Source: an uncultured bacterium (lineage in GTDB: Bacteria > Zixibacteria > MSB-5A5 > UBA10806). From it: a stretch of DNA of 64,000 bases. The DNA lies in the NCBI GenBank assembly GCA_965541585.1, contig CBEUCH010000001.1, positions 288,001-352,000 on the forward strand. Direction: 5' to 3'. The notes beneath the pieces were generated by a model. The model saw only the letters and a program-made list of their open reading frames with translations. It was not told the DNA's origin and ran no database searches. Shown here in pieces: positions 9,957-18,977 of this stretch (position 1 is the stretch's first letter; every line of letters starts with the position of its first letter). Made by a program: the position numbers and the translations under genes.

Positions 9957-12286
9957 TTGCCCAAAATCGATCAATCTTCTCCGGACGTCCAGCGTTGGTT
10001 ACCCTCCTTTTATACATAGCCGGTATATTCCTTTCACTGCAACTTGAGGTGCATTATCTGATCCCCCTGACTCTGACTGTAGCATCTTTAATTGTCGTTA
10101 TCTATGTTTATTTGAAAGAAGCCGGGAAATGGATAGTTTGGTCTGCCGCTTTGCTTCTGGTCTTTCTGGGCTGGTCAAACACGAATTTGTCCACCGGGTC
10201 GTTCCCCCCTAACCATATCAAGAACCTCGCCGATCTGGGTGGAATGGTAGAGTTGGCAGGCCGCGTAGTTGAAGAACCGGATATCAGGGAAGATAGAACG
10301 TATTTAGTTGTGGAGGCCGATTCCATTTCAATCGGGCGATACTGGATTCCGTCCATGGGCAGGGTCCGGGTGAAAGTAAACAACGGCGGCAGTCGTTACA
10401 ATCACGCGGATGTCGTATCATTAACCGGCTACCTGTACGAGCCTAAAGGGCCGAGAAATCCGGGTGGTTTCGATTATGGCGCCTACCTCCGGGCCAGGGG
10501 TATATTCGCCGCCATGTCTGTCAGCGGCCCCCATTCTGTTACAGTAATTGAAAAGGGGCAGTCATTCTTATCGACAGTTGTGACACCATTGAGGAGCTAT
10601 CTTATATCGAAGACCAGGGAGCATTTATCACCGGTACCGGCGGCTATCTTATCCGGTTTCATTCTGGGAGAAAGGCGAGATATCCCTGAGGAATATCAGA
10701 CACTTTTCAGGAACACCGGTACACTTCATCTGATGGCCGTATCCGGCTCTAACGTTGCAATCGTGATAGCGATTTTTGCATTTCCTCTGGCATTCTTTGG
10801 CCTCCCGCGAACAATAAGAATTATATTACTTCTGGGGGTCATCGTCTTCTTTGCGATCTTGACTCGCCTGGAACCATCGGTGGTTAGAGCGTCTATAATG
10901 GCCTCCGTGGGGCTTTTGGCCTACGGCTGGATTCGGAAACCGGATTATATCAATGTACTGGGCTTCGCCGGCCTGATAATGTTAATATGGAGACCGATGC
11001 ACATTTTCGATGTCGGCCTGCAACTATCATTCGCTGCGACATTCGCAATAATATATGCATTACCCCACATTTTGAGCTGGCTGTCGTTTCTAAGCCGGAG
11101 AAAATTACGATGGTTAACGTGGATCCTGGTGATCTCTCTCAGCACCGTGGCCGCTCAAATGGCGGTTATGCCGCTTCTGGCACGATATTTCAATAACGTG
11201 CCGCTGGTCGGTGTGGTGGCCAATATCCCCGTCGGTATTCTGGCTGGTTTATCCACCGTGGCCGGTGTCGCATTCTATTTTTTGACATCTCTCGGTGGCT
11301 GGGTGTCCAGTATTGCGGCGGCACCCCTGGAGTTGATCCTCCATATTGTGATCTATTTATTGAAATTCTTTTCATCGCTTCCACATGCCAACATAAAGGT
11401 TTCATCTCCCGGATGGCCGCAAATCGCTCTCTATTGGGTATTATTATATGTAGTATATGAAATGTTCATCCGACGTCGGACAAGCAGGACAGGGATTATA
11501 GCCGTTCTGGCAATGTTCAGCATCGTTGTCTGGTCTGGTCTTGCCGAAAGCAGGCCCTCGTGGAAGGTGGAATTCGTCGAGATTGGACGGAACCGCGCCT
11601 GGATATTTTCTGATAAACGAGGCACCACAATCGCCTCCTACGATTGTTATAGATCGGAGGATAATCCCAATGGAGCGTTGATACCTCACATCCTGGATTT
11701 CTATGGTGGGCGGCTTGATTATCTTTTTTCTAATACAGCGGATTCTCCCGAAGTGCTGGAGCTAAAAGAGATATGTTCGTCGAGGCTATTCCCTGCCGAC
11801 AGCGTTATTTATCTGCTAAACCGTCAGTCGAAAGGCGCAGATGAAACGGGAGATAATCTCGCGGGTGAGGGTCTTCCCCCGAACATTAAGGTTGTATGGG
11901 GTGAACCCGATAATAGAGAAGAAGAGAAGAATACTCTTCCTGCTCTGCAGATTGATGCAGGGGATTGCATTTTATTATTTGCGGGGTGGTCTGATATACG
12001 AATTTTAGCAGGGTTTCAAGCCGATGAGAAGGTGAGACTTCTGGAGATGCCATGGAGCGCTTATTCACAAAGCCTATGCCGAAATCTGATAAGCAGCCTG
12101 GATCCTGAAGTGACTATTTTCTCACCGGATCGCCTGTCGAATATCATGCCCCGAGCCAGAGAGGAGCTGACCCATTCGGAGGATAGGCTCTATTCGACGT
12201 CAATTTGCGGTGGATTTGAAATAGCTGAATTCGGGTCTGAGTTGATGGTCAGGACAATGAGAGAAGTCGTCAACGAGAGGGAGTAA
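9953..12286 (+). CDS. comEC: ComEC/Rec2 DNA-uptake channel
   Basis: DUF4131/OB segment (RNPGGFDY), competence domain (HLMAVSG, PSVVRASIM, GLQLSFAA), degenerate C-terminal MBL-like region. Confidence 0.88.
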   Translation: MIAQNRSIFSGRPALVTLLLYIAGIFLSLQLEVHYLIPLTLTVASLIVVIYVYLKEAGKWIVWSAALLLVFLGWSNTNLSTGSFPPNHIKNLADLGGMVELAGRVVEEPDIREDRTYLVVEADSISIGRYWIPSMGRVRVKVNNGGSRYNHADVVSLTGYLYEPKGPRNPGGFDYGAYLRARGIFAAMSVSGPHSVTVIEKGQSFLSTVVTPLRSYLISKTREHLSPVPAAILSGFILGERRDIPEEYQTLFRNTGTLHLMAVSGSNVAIVIAIFAFPLAFFGLPRTIRIILLLGVIVFFAILTRLEPSVVRASIMASVGLLAYGWIRKPDYINVLGFAGLIMLIWRPMHIFDVGLQLSFAATFAIIYALPHILSWLSFLSRRKLRWLTWILVISLSTVAAQMAVMPLLARYFNNVPLVGVVANIPVGILAGLSTVAGVAFYFLTSLGGWVSSIAAAPLELILHIVIYLLKFFSSLPHANIKVSSPGWPQIALYWVLLYVVYEMFIRRRTSRTGIIAVLAMFSIVVWSGLAESRPSWKVEFVEIGRNRAWIFSDKRGTTIASYDCYRSEDNPNGALIPHILDFYGGRLDYLFSNTADSPEVLELKEICSSRLFPADSVIYLLNRQSKGADETGDNLAGEGLPPNIKVVWGEPDNREEEKNTLPALQIDAGDCILLFAGWSDIRILAGFQADEKVRLLEMPWSAYSQSLCRNLISSLDPEVTIFSPDRLSNIMPRAREELTHSEDRLYSTSICGGFEIAEFGSELMVRTMREVVNERE

Positions 12287-12288
12287 AG

Positions 12289-13455
12289 TTGAGTTTCACC
12301 GGCAACCTTAAGACTGTATCTTTACCCGATATATTCCAACTGATTTTTTCTTCAAAAAAGACCGGGGTTTTAGATGTTGGCAAGGATAATTCTCTGCGTC
12401 AGATCTACTTCCGGAACGGGTCGTTAATATATGCATCCTCCAATGATGAACAGGATCTTTTCGGCAACCTCTTGCTGAAAAAGGGGAGAATCTCTAAAGA
12501 GGAGCTGAATAAGGTCCTTGTGAGCCAGAAAGAAGGCAAAAGGATAGGTGCGCTGCTGGTGGACAAAAAGCTTTTCACGCGAGAGGAAATATTCGAGTGT
12601 CTGAAAATGCAGATCGAGGAGATAGTCTACGGGTTGTTCGGGTGGAAGGACGGTGAATTCAAGTTCGAGGAGAATCAGGAGCCTCCGGCAGAGACGATCC
12701 AGACTGAACTCAATCCCATGAACCTGATAATGGAAGGTACCAGGCGGATCGACGAATGGGAGGAACTCAAAAAGGTCCTGCCTGCCGATAATACCACCGT
12801 GGAACTCGTGCGCGATCCCGCAATTAAATCCGAGGAACTTAAGATTTCCAAAGATGAAATCATTGTTATGGCTGTGATTGGCTCCGGCAAAGAGATATCC
12901 AAAATTCTTGAAGAGTGCTATCTGGATCGTTTTCTGACGTCGAAAGCGCTGGCAAACCTGTTTCGGATGAACCTGCTCAAACCGGTTAAGAAAGCGGTCC
13001 AGAAGCAGGGAATAGAGGATGAGCAGAAGACACTGGCAGAGGTTTTTGCACAGATATATTTAAGCAACCTTGGATATATTTTCGAGAACCTTCGCGAAAA
13101 GCTGGGAGACAAAGGGGAACGAATCATAGCCGAGACTTTTGAGGAGAACAAGGAATTCTACCCTCTGCTGAGCAGTGGTTTTTCCAAAAACGGCGGGCAA
13201 ATCAACTTCGATTTGTTTATAGAACTTTACAAAAAACTCCCTCAGGAAGCGAGGATCTGGAAAATTGTATCAAATTTCAACGCATTATTAAACGATTATC
13301 TCAACGTGGTCAGAAAGAGTCTGGGGAATAAGATCTACAGGCGATTGCTTTCGGAAATAAAGATCAATATCCAGAACACGATTAATAGGAATAGGCAACT
13401 ATCGCTTAAGTACGGCCTGGAGGAAGAGTTTTCTCGGGCGTTGCGGGATAGATAG
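12289..13455 (+). CDS. DUF4388 (PATAN-like) domain protein
   Basis: FTGNLKTVSLPDIFQLI..SKKTGVL..IYFRNG..LFGWKDGEFKF..LIMEGTRRIDEW. TTG start with GGAG RBS. Confidence 0.85.
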   Translation: MSFTGNLKTVSLPDIFQLIFSSKKTGVLDVGKDNSLRQIYFRNGSLIYASSNDEQDLFGNLLLKKGRISKEELNKVLVSQKEGKRIGALLVDKKLFTREEIFECLKMQIEEIVYGLFGWKDGEFKFEENQEPPAETIQTELNPMNLIMEGTRRIDEWEELKKVLPADNTTVELVRDPAIKSEELKISKDEIIVMAVIGSGKEISKILEECYLDRFLTSKALANLFRMNLLKPVKKAVQKQGIEDEQKTLAEVFAQIYLSNLGYIFENLREKLGDKGERIIAETFEENKEFYPLLSSGFSKNGGQINFDLFIELYKKLPQEARIWKIVSNFNALLNDYLNVVRKSLGNKIYRRLLSEIKINIQNTINRNRQLSLKYGLEEEFSRALRDR

Positions 13456-13458
13456 GAA

Positions 13459-13824
13459 ATGAATAGATTAACAGTTTATCTTACGGTCGGTTTTATCTTA
13501 TTACACTTTCGCATGGCGGGAGCAGTATCAACTCATACTTATAACCTCGTGCAGGATTCGATATTCTTTATAATTTCTATGGGTTGTCTGATCCTGGCCC
13601 TCAGCATCTTTGTCACCCTCAAAGGCGGCAGCCTCGGAATTCCCTGGATTTTCTTTATCATAGGATTTGCAATAGCGGCCGTAAGCGGCGCCATCCATCT
13701 GCTCGATTTTTTCAAGATCGTGGTTTATGAATACGACTTACGGCTGGCCACTCTTATAACGAGTTGCGGGTCTATGTTATTTCTGTTTATCGGACTTTAT
13801 TTTTATAGAAGAGGATTACAATAA
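13459..13824 (+). CDS. Small integral membrane protein (3-4 TM), hypothetical
   Basis: Hydrophobic 121-aa ORF tightly coupled to the upstream gene. Confidence 0.7.
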   Translation: MNRLTVYLTVGFILLHFRMAGAVSTHTYNLVQDSIFFIISMGCLILALSIFVTLKGGSLGIPWIFFIIGFAIAAVSGAIHLLDFFKIVVYEYDLRLATLITSCGSMLFLFIGLYFYRRGLQ

Positions 13825-13843
13825 TATCCTTTTGACATAACTC

Positions 13844-13870
13844 TAAATATCCATCAGCGCTTGTCGATAA
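13844..13870 (+). promoter_or_regulatory. sigma28 (FliA/WhiG)-like promoter
   Basis: TAAA-N15-GTCGATAA versus consensus TAAA-N15-GCCGATAA. Confidence 0.55.
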
Positions 13871-13903
13871 TCTATATGGTTGAATTTAACTGTGGGTGGA
13901 AAT

Positions 13904-14761
13904 ATGTTTGAATCCGTAGAATTAGATGATCGCATTGCAAAATGCGAAAAAATCTTGGGCGCTGACGAAAACAGCCAGATTTTCGCAGCGCTTGCCGAGG
14001 CATATCGGAAAAGGGGAGACCTACAAAAAGCCCAGGATGTTTGTCTTCGGGGTCTGACGATTCATCCCAATTACGCATCTGCCAGGATCGTCATGGCCAA
14101 AATATTTATAGCTCATGAAAACTATGATTCCGCGTGGCAGGAACTCCAGAAAGCAACCGCCTCCTCGGGGAGGACGCGCACCATAGACATCCTGGAATCA
14201 GAGATACTGATCCGAAATGGGAAGAAAAGCGAGGCCAAGGCGATTCTTGAAAAACTCTATTCTTCAGACCCTGACGACGAGAGCATTAGGAATCTCATGA
14301 CATTGATCGGAGAAGAAAGACCCTCTCGATTGTCATCCGCAATCGTTATGCCGGATTTCCAGATTGGAAGAAGCAAGAAAAGGAAACTCACCTTATCCGA
14401 GGCGATCAGTATCCTCAAGGTTTTGCCCAGGGTCCTCGGCGTCGTAGTCGTCAACAACCAGGGATTAGCCCTTGAAGGTCGCTTCGATGGTTCATATTCA
14501 AGAGAAGAGGTGGCCGCTCTGTCAAAGGGTATTTATGACATAGCCAGGGCAGGAAGCTTAAGGGTAGGTATGGAGGAGACGAGGGAGATCCTGATAGAGA
14601 CGCAAGCGTCGAAACTCTGGATATTCAACAGGGAGAGTTTTTTGCTGGTCATTTATACCCGTGACGATGTCAGCATGGGTTCATTGAGATTGAAGCTCGA
14701 AGATCTATTGCAGAGAGTAGATCAATTGGGGACGAATGCAGAACAGGAGCGTGCAGGTTGA
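13904..14761 (+). CDS. TPR-repeat protein with C-terminal Roadblock/LC7 domain
   Basis: N-terminal TPR pattern (FAALAEAYRKRG..A..VCLRGL..HPNYASARIVMAKI). C-terminal VLGVVVVNNQGL Roadblock pattern. ATG at 13904 preferred over the track's TTG at 13880. Confidence 0.8.
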   Translation: MFESVELDDRIAKCEKILGADENSQIFAALAEAYRKRGDLQKAQDVCLRGLTIHPNYASARIVMAKIFIAHENYDSAWQELQKATASSGRTRTIDILESEILIRNGKKSEAKAILEKLYSSDPDDESIRNLMTLIGEERPSRLSSAIVMPDFQIGRSKKRKLTLSEAISILKVLPRVLGVVVVNNQGLALEGRFDGSYSREEVAALSKGIYDIARAGSLRVGMEETREILIETQASKLWIFNRESFLLVIYTRDDVSMGSLRLKLEDLLQRVDQLGTNAEQERAG

Positions 14762-15204
14762 AAGCGACAAACCAGCTGGACAGGTTCCAGGTTTCGGTTG
14801 AGTATCTCACTGAATACTCTGGCGTCAAGGGGGCTGTCATAGCTGACCGTGAAGGCCTGGTGGTCGCCACCAGTCCCAGGAAAGGTTTTGATGCTGAGAT
14901 TTGCGCGGCCATTGGATTGGACTTAGTCGAGATTATAGACAGAAACCTGGTCAGGCTGATAGATCCTGGATGTAAGTTCCTATCGGTCAAAACCGGTAAG
15001 GACTGGATCACGGTGGCGCAAACGTCGATCTTCTATCTGATTGTAATGGCGGACCGAAAGGCGGACGACCTTATAAACATTCGTATTTCCAGATCATTAG
15101 ATATGATCTCGTCACATATGAAGGAAAAATACCCGGCCCTTCTGTTTTCCGACGAGCCGGCGGAGCAAAAATCGGTGAAGAGCGTGGAGGCTACACATGT
15201 ATAA
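14758..15204 (+). CDS. Roadblock/LC7 domain protein
   Basis: GVKGAVIADREGLVVA..AEICAA pattern. Confidence 0.85.
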   Translation: MKATNQLDRFQVSVEYLTEYSGVKGAVIADREGLVVATSPRKGFDAEICAAIGLDLVEIIDRNLVRLIDPGCKFLSVKTGKDWITVAQTSIFYLIVMADRKADDLINIRISRSLDMISSHMKEKYPALLFSDEPAEQKSVKSVEATHV

Positions 15205-15535
15205 TGTTCTTGGCGAATTAAACAAAACCTCCGGGGTCAGAGGATCCATGTTGGTGGGTACCGATGGCATAATCATCGCTGCCGATTTGGACTCCCAACT
15301 CGAGGACGAAACTGTCGGGGCCCTGGCGGCTTCAATTGTTTCAAACGTTTCGAAGGCTATGGGAAAGCTGAATAAGCAAAATCCCGATCGCATAACGATC
15401 GAAGCGGACCAGGGTAAGGTATTCCTTAATGATGCAGGTGTGGGAATATTGGCTGTGATAACCGATCCTGCGGTAAATGTTGGTATGGTGAGGTTGGAAA
15501 TCAAAAACGCGATCTCCAGGATAAAAGCGGAGTAG
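15197..15535 (+). CDS. Roadblock/LC7 domain protein
   Basis: GVRGSMLVGTDGIIIA..VGALAA..NVGMVRLEIK. Confidence 0.88.
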   Translation: MYNVLGELNKTSGVRGSMLVGTDGIIIAADLDSQLEDETVGALAASIVSNVSKAMGKLNKQNPDRITIEADQGKVFLNDAGVGILAVITDPAVNVGMVRLEIKNAISRIKAE

Positions 15536-15551
15536 AAGGAATAAAAGCCTT

Positions 15552-16670
15552 ATGGCATCGATAAATTACGCATTTAAGGAGATAATCTCAAAGATCGTCT
15601 ATTACGGCCCCGGACTTTCCGGGAAAACGACTAATCTGCAGTATGTCTTCAAGAAAGTGCCGTCCGATACCAGGGGGGAATTGATAAGTCTTGCCACTGA
15701 TGCCGACAGGACGTTGTATTTCGATTTTCTGCCCGTTAACGTGGGGACTATTCGGGGGTTTGCTACCAAGTTTCAGCTTTATACCGTACCCGGCCAGGTC
15801 TACTACAATGCTACGCGCAAGTTAGTGTTAAGGGGGGTGGATGGTCTTGTTTTTGTGGCAGACAGCCAGCCGGATAAGATGGAAGAAAATAAAGAATCTC
15901 TCCGGAATCTGAAAGATAATCTCGAGGAGTATGGCTACGACATGAGTGAGTTGCCGATGGTGATCCAGTATAATAAGCGGGATCTTCCGAATATTTCTGA
16001 GATAGACGAACTGGAGAGGAATTTAAATCCGGGAGGATTGCCATATTTTGAGGCGGTTGCTGTAACAGGCGAGGGCGTCTTTAAGACTCTTAAGACGATA
16101 AGCAAAATGGTCCTTGACGAGGTCCGAAAAAGCTCTGAATCAACACCGAAAATCGTGAAATCCCGGCCAGCGGATGTTGCAGCTCCGGAATCGTCACCAC
16201 AACTATCATCGGAGAAAACGGATCAAGCGCCCGTTCAGGCCTCTGAGCCCCGGCGCGTCACGCCGGGAATCATGGCCGAGTCCGACACGCTTGCGAATGT
16301 GGTGGTTTCCGATAGTCCTGATCAGAAGCAGAAACCCGTTGCGGAGCCCGTTGAGGAGGGTACCGATTCAGTTATCGAGCAGACTGTCCTGAAGGAAGAA
16401 AACAACGGAGCAACAAAAGAAGAGAAGACCGTGCAAGAATATCCCGATTCGGAGGATAACCGTGAAGCCGGGGATGATTCCCTGTATAAACCGTTCTATG
16501 GTGGTTTATCAGACAGCGACGGTTTCGATGAGGAGGCAACTCAGATTTCTGATCTCAGTCTAAAGAGCCCATTGCCGCTTGGTAAGCCGCAGATGGCCGA
16601 GAGCAGAAAGGTAAAAGGTAGAAAGGGTAAGTTAGGCTTCTTCAGTTTATTCAGGAAACGAAAGAAATAA
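15552..16670 (+). CDS. mglA: MglA-family small GTPase with long C-terminal extension
   Basis: GPGLSGKTT, DRTLYFDF, YTVPGQ and QYNKRDL motifs typical of MglA. Confidence 0.92.
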   Translation: MASINYAFKEIISKIVYYGPGLSGKTTNLQYVFKKVPSDTRGELISLATDADRTLYFDFLPVNVGTIRGFATKFQLYTVPGQVYYNATRKLVLRGVDGLVFVADSQPDKMEENKESLRNLKDNLEEYGYDMSELPMVIQYNKRDLPNISEIDELERNLNPGGLPYFEAVAVTGEGVFKTLKTISKMVLDEVRKSSESTPKIVKSRPADVAAPESSPQLSSEKTDQAPVQASEPRRVTPGIMAESDTLANVVVSDSPDQKQKPVAEPVEEGTDSVIEQTVLKEENNGATKEEKTVQEYPDSEDNREAGDDSLYKPFYGGLSDSDGFDEEATQISDLSLKSPLPLGKPQMAESRKVKGRKGKLGFFSLFRKRKK

Positions 16671-16697
16671 TTTTATTAGGATACAAGGAGGTCACCA

Positions 16698-17183
16698 TTG
16701 TCTCAGGAGCAGCAGGTCCTTTATGAGGACCAGATAAAGAAGATCGACAAGGCCCTGACCCGGATTATCAAGGAATCCGAGGCCAAATGCGCTCTCCTGG
16801 TTGATAAGGACGGGCACCTGATAACTCGCCAGGGTTTCACCCATACTCTCGACACCACAGCGCTGGCAGCATTATTGGCCGGGAGTTTCGCATCGACCAA
16901 AGAGATCGCAAGACTGGTAGGGGAACCAGAGTTCTCGGTTTTATTTCATCAGGGTAAGCGGGATCATATACATATTTCATTGATTGGTGAACGGACCATA
17001 CTGGTGGTGATTTTTGATGACCGCACGACCATAGGCATGATCAGGCTTTACGCAAAAGAGGTCGGAGAGACTCTGAAGAGCATTCTCGAAAGCAGCCCGG
17101 AGAGTGCGGATGGCGAAATGGAACTGGGGGAAGAATTCTCTGATTCCGCCGATGCCAAGTTGGACGACATTTTCCAGGAATGA
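16698..17183 (+). CDS. mglB: MglB-family Roadblock protein (MglA GAP)
   Basis: ALLVDKDGHLI, DTTALAALLAGSFAST..IARLVGEPEFSVLFHQG, FDDRTTIGMIRL, acidic C-terminal helix. Confidence 0.9.
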   Translation: MSQEQQVLYEDQIKKIDKALTRIIKESEAKCALLVDKDGHLITRQGFTHTLDTTALAALLAGSFASTKEIARLVGEPEFSVLFHQGKRDHIHISLIGERTILVVIFDDRTTIGMIRLYAKEVGETLKSILESSPESADGEMELGEEFSDSADAKLDDIFQE

Positions 17184-17233
17184 GGCTAAGGCCTCAAGGT
17201 TTCTCATCTTAGTTTAATCATTGGAGTTTCAGG

Positions 17234-18925
17234 ATGGCTCTTGAACTCGGCAAAATGCTGGTTAAGGCCGGCAAGATTACCGAGGACCAACTACAGCAAG
17301 CGCTGGAGGTGCAAGAAAGCGGCACTGGCAAGCTCGGTGAAATCCTCGTCAAGATCGGCGCTGTGCCCGACGAAAACATAATATCGGAGTTCATAGGAAA
17401 ACAGCTCAATATTGGCGCCCTGCGTTTAACTGATATTGAATTGAATCCCGAGATTGTCAAGCTGATTCCACATGACATTGCGAGCAAGTTCAACGTTCTT
17501 GCCATCTCAAAGCTTTACAAAACCCTCATAGTTGCCATCTCCGATCCCAATAATATATATGTACTGGATGCTATAAAATTTATAACGGGCTGCAATATTC
17601 AGCCGGTAATCTCACCGGAGAATACTATTTCAAAAGCTATCGAGACATATTATGACGATAGTAGCGCACTGAATGACATAATTAAGGATATGTCGTCCGA
17701 GCTGGAGGTTGTGGAGGAGACCGAAGATGATCTCTCGGAGCAGGATCTGCAGTCGCAGGTGCAGGATAAGCCGCTGGTCAAACTTGTGGACGGCCTGATC
17801 GCTGATGCCATTCGCAAGGATGCTTCCGATATTCATTTTGAGTGTTATGAGAAACGGATAAGAATTAGATATCGTATTGACGGCGCTCTTCAGGAGACGG
17901 CGCCGATCCCCTTTAAATATCGTGCGGCCATAGTCTCGCGAATGAAGATCATGGCCGATCTTGATATTTCAGAACGTCGCCTTCCGCAGGACGGTAGAAT
18001 CAAGGTCAAGCTGGGAGGAAGAACGGTCGATCTGAGGGTCTCGGTGCTGCCAACGATTTTCGGCGAAAAGGTGGTCATGAGGATTCTCGATCCCAAATCT
18101 CTGATGGTCGATCTGACCAAACTGGGATTTCCGGATCTGGCCCTGAAAAATTTCGACGATGTTATTCATCTTCCTTACGGGATGATCCTCGTGACCGGGC
18201 CTACCGGTTCCGGAAAAACCACCACTCTATATTCCGCGCTGAAAACGCTGAATTCGACCGATGTTAATATTATGACGGCAGAAGATCCGGTGGAGTTTAA
18301 TTTCGAGGGCATAAATCAGGTGCAAATCAGATCTGATATCGGTCTGACTTTTGCCGCCAGCCTCAGATCATTTTTGCGACAGGATCCGGACATAATAATG
18401 GTGGGTGAGATTCGCGATGGAGAGACGGCCGATATTGCGATCAAGGCCGCTCTTACCGGACATCTCGTCTTCTCGACACTGCACACCAATGATGCGCCAT
18501 CCACCATCAACAGGTTGGTGGATATGGGAGTTCCAACCTACCTGGTGGCCGCCTCTACGAAACTGATCATGGCCCAGAGGATGATTAGAAAGATTTGCGG
18601 TAATTGCAAGGAAGAGGTGGAGATCACCTCGGAGATGCTGGAAATGCTTCATCTGACCAAAGAAGAGGCAGCCGGATTGAAGATATTCCAGGGAAAAGGC
18701 TGCGGGCATTGCAATAACACCGGTTATTCGGGTCGGACAGGGCTTTTCGAGGTTATGCTCATTACTCCCATGATAGAAAAGATGATAATTCAGGGATCAT
18801 CGTCATCCGAGATCAGAGAGCAGGCGGTCAAAGAGGGAATGATGGCTCTAAGATCGGCGGGTCTCGAAAAGCTGAAAAATGGTATAACATCGCTTGAGGA
18901 GGTCGTCGCCGAGACTACCATCTGA
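17234..18925 (+). CDS. pilB: Type IV pilus assembly ATPase
   Basis: MshEN-like N-terminus (LGKMLVKAG..LGEILV), ERRLPQDGR, GPTGSGKT, LRQDPD, TGHLVFSTLHTN, zinc CxxC pairs. Confidence 0.94.
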   Translation: MALELGKMLVKAGKITEDQLQQALEVQESGTGKLGEILVKIGAVPDENIISEFIGKQLNIGALRLTDIELNPEIVKLIPHDIASKFNVLAISKLYKTLIVAISDPNNIYVLDAIKFITGCNIQPVISPENTISKAIETYYDDSSALNDIIKDMSSELEVVEETEDDLSEQDLQSQVQDKPLVKLVDGLIADAIRKDASDIHFECYEKRIRIRYRIDGALQETAPIPFKYRAAIVSRMKIMADLDISERRLPQDGRIKVKLGGRTVDLRVSVLPTIFGEKVVMRILDPKSLMVDLTKLGFPDLALKNFDDVIHLPYGMILVTGPTGSGKTTTLYSALKTLNSTDVNIMTAEDPVEFNFEGINQVQIRSDIGLTFAASLRSFLRQDPDIIMVGEIRDGETADIAIKAALTGHLVFSTLHTNDAPSTINRLVDMGVPTYLVAASTKLIMAQRMIRKICGNCKEEVEITSEMLEMLHLTKEEAAGLKIFQGKGCGHCNNTGYSGRTGLFEVMLITPMIEKMIIQGSSSSEIREQAVKEGMMALRSAGLEKLKNGITSLEEVVAETTI

Positions 18926-18928
18926 TAT

Positions 18929-18955
18929 TATAGTCCAGGTAATATTTGTCGATAA
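18929..18955 (+). promoter_or_regulatory. sigma28-like promoter upstream of pilT
   Basis: TATA-N15-GTCGATAA; the -10 octamer and its context (TTGTCGATAAT) match the site at 13861-13871. Confidence 0.5.
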
Positions 18956-18977
18956 TTAAGGGGGAGGAAATACATTT

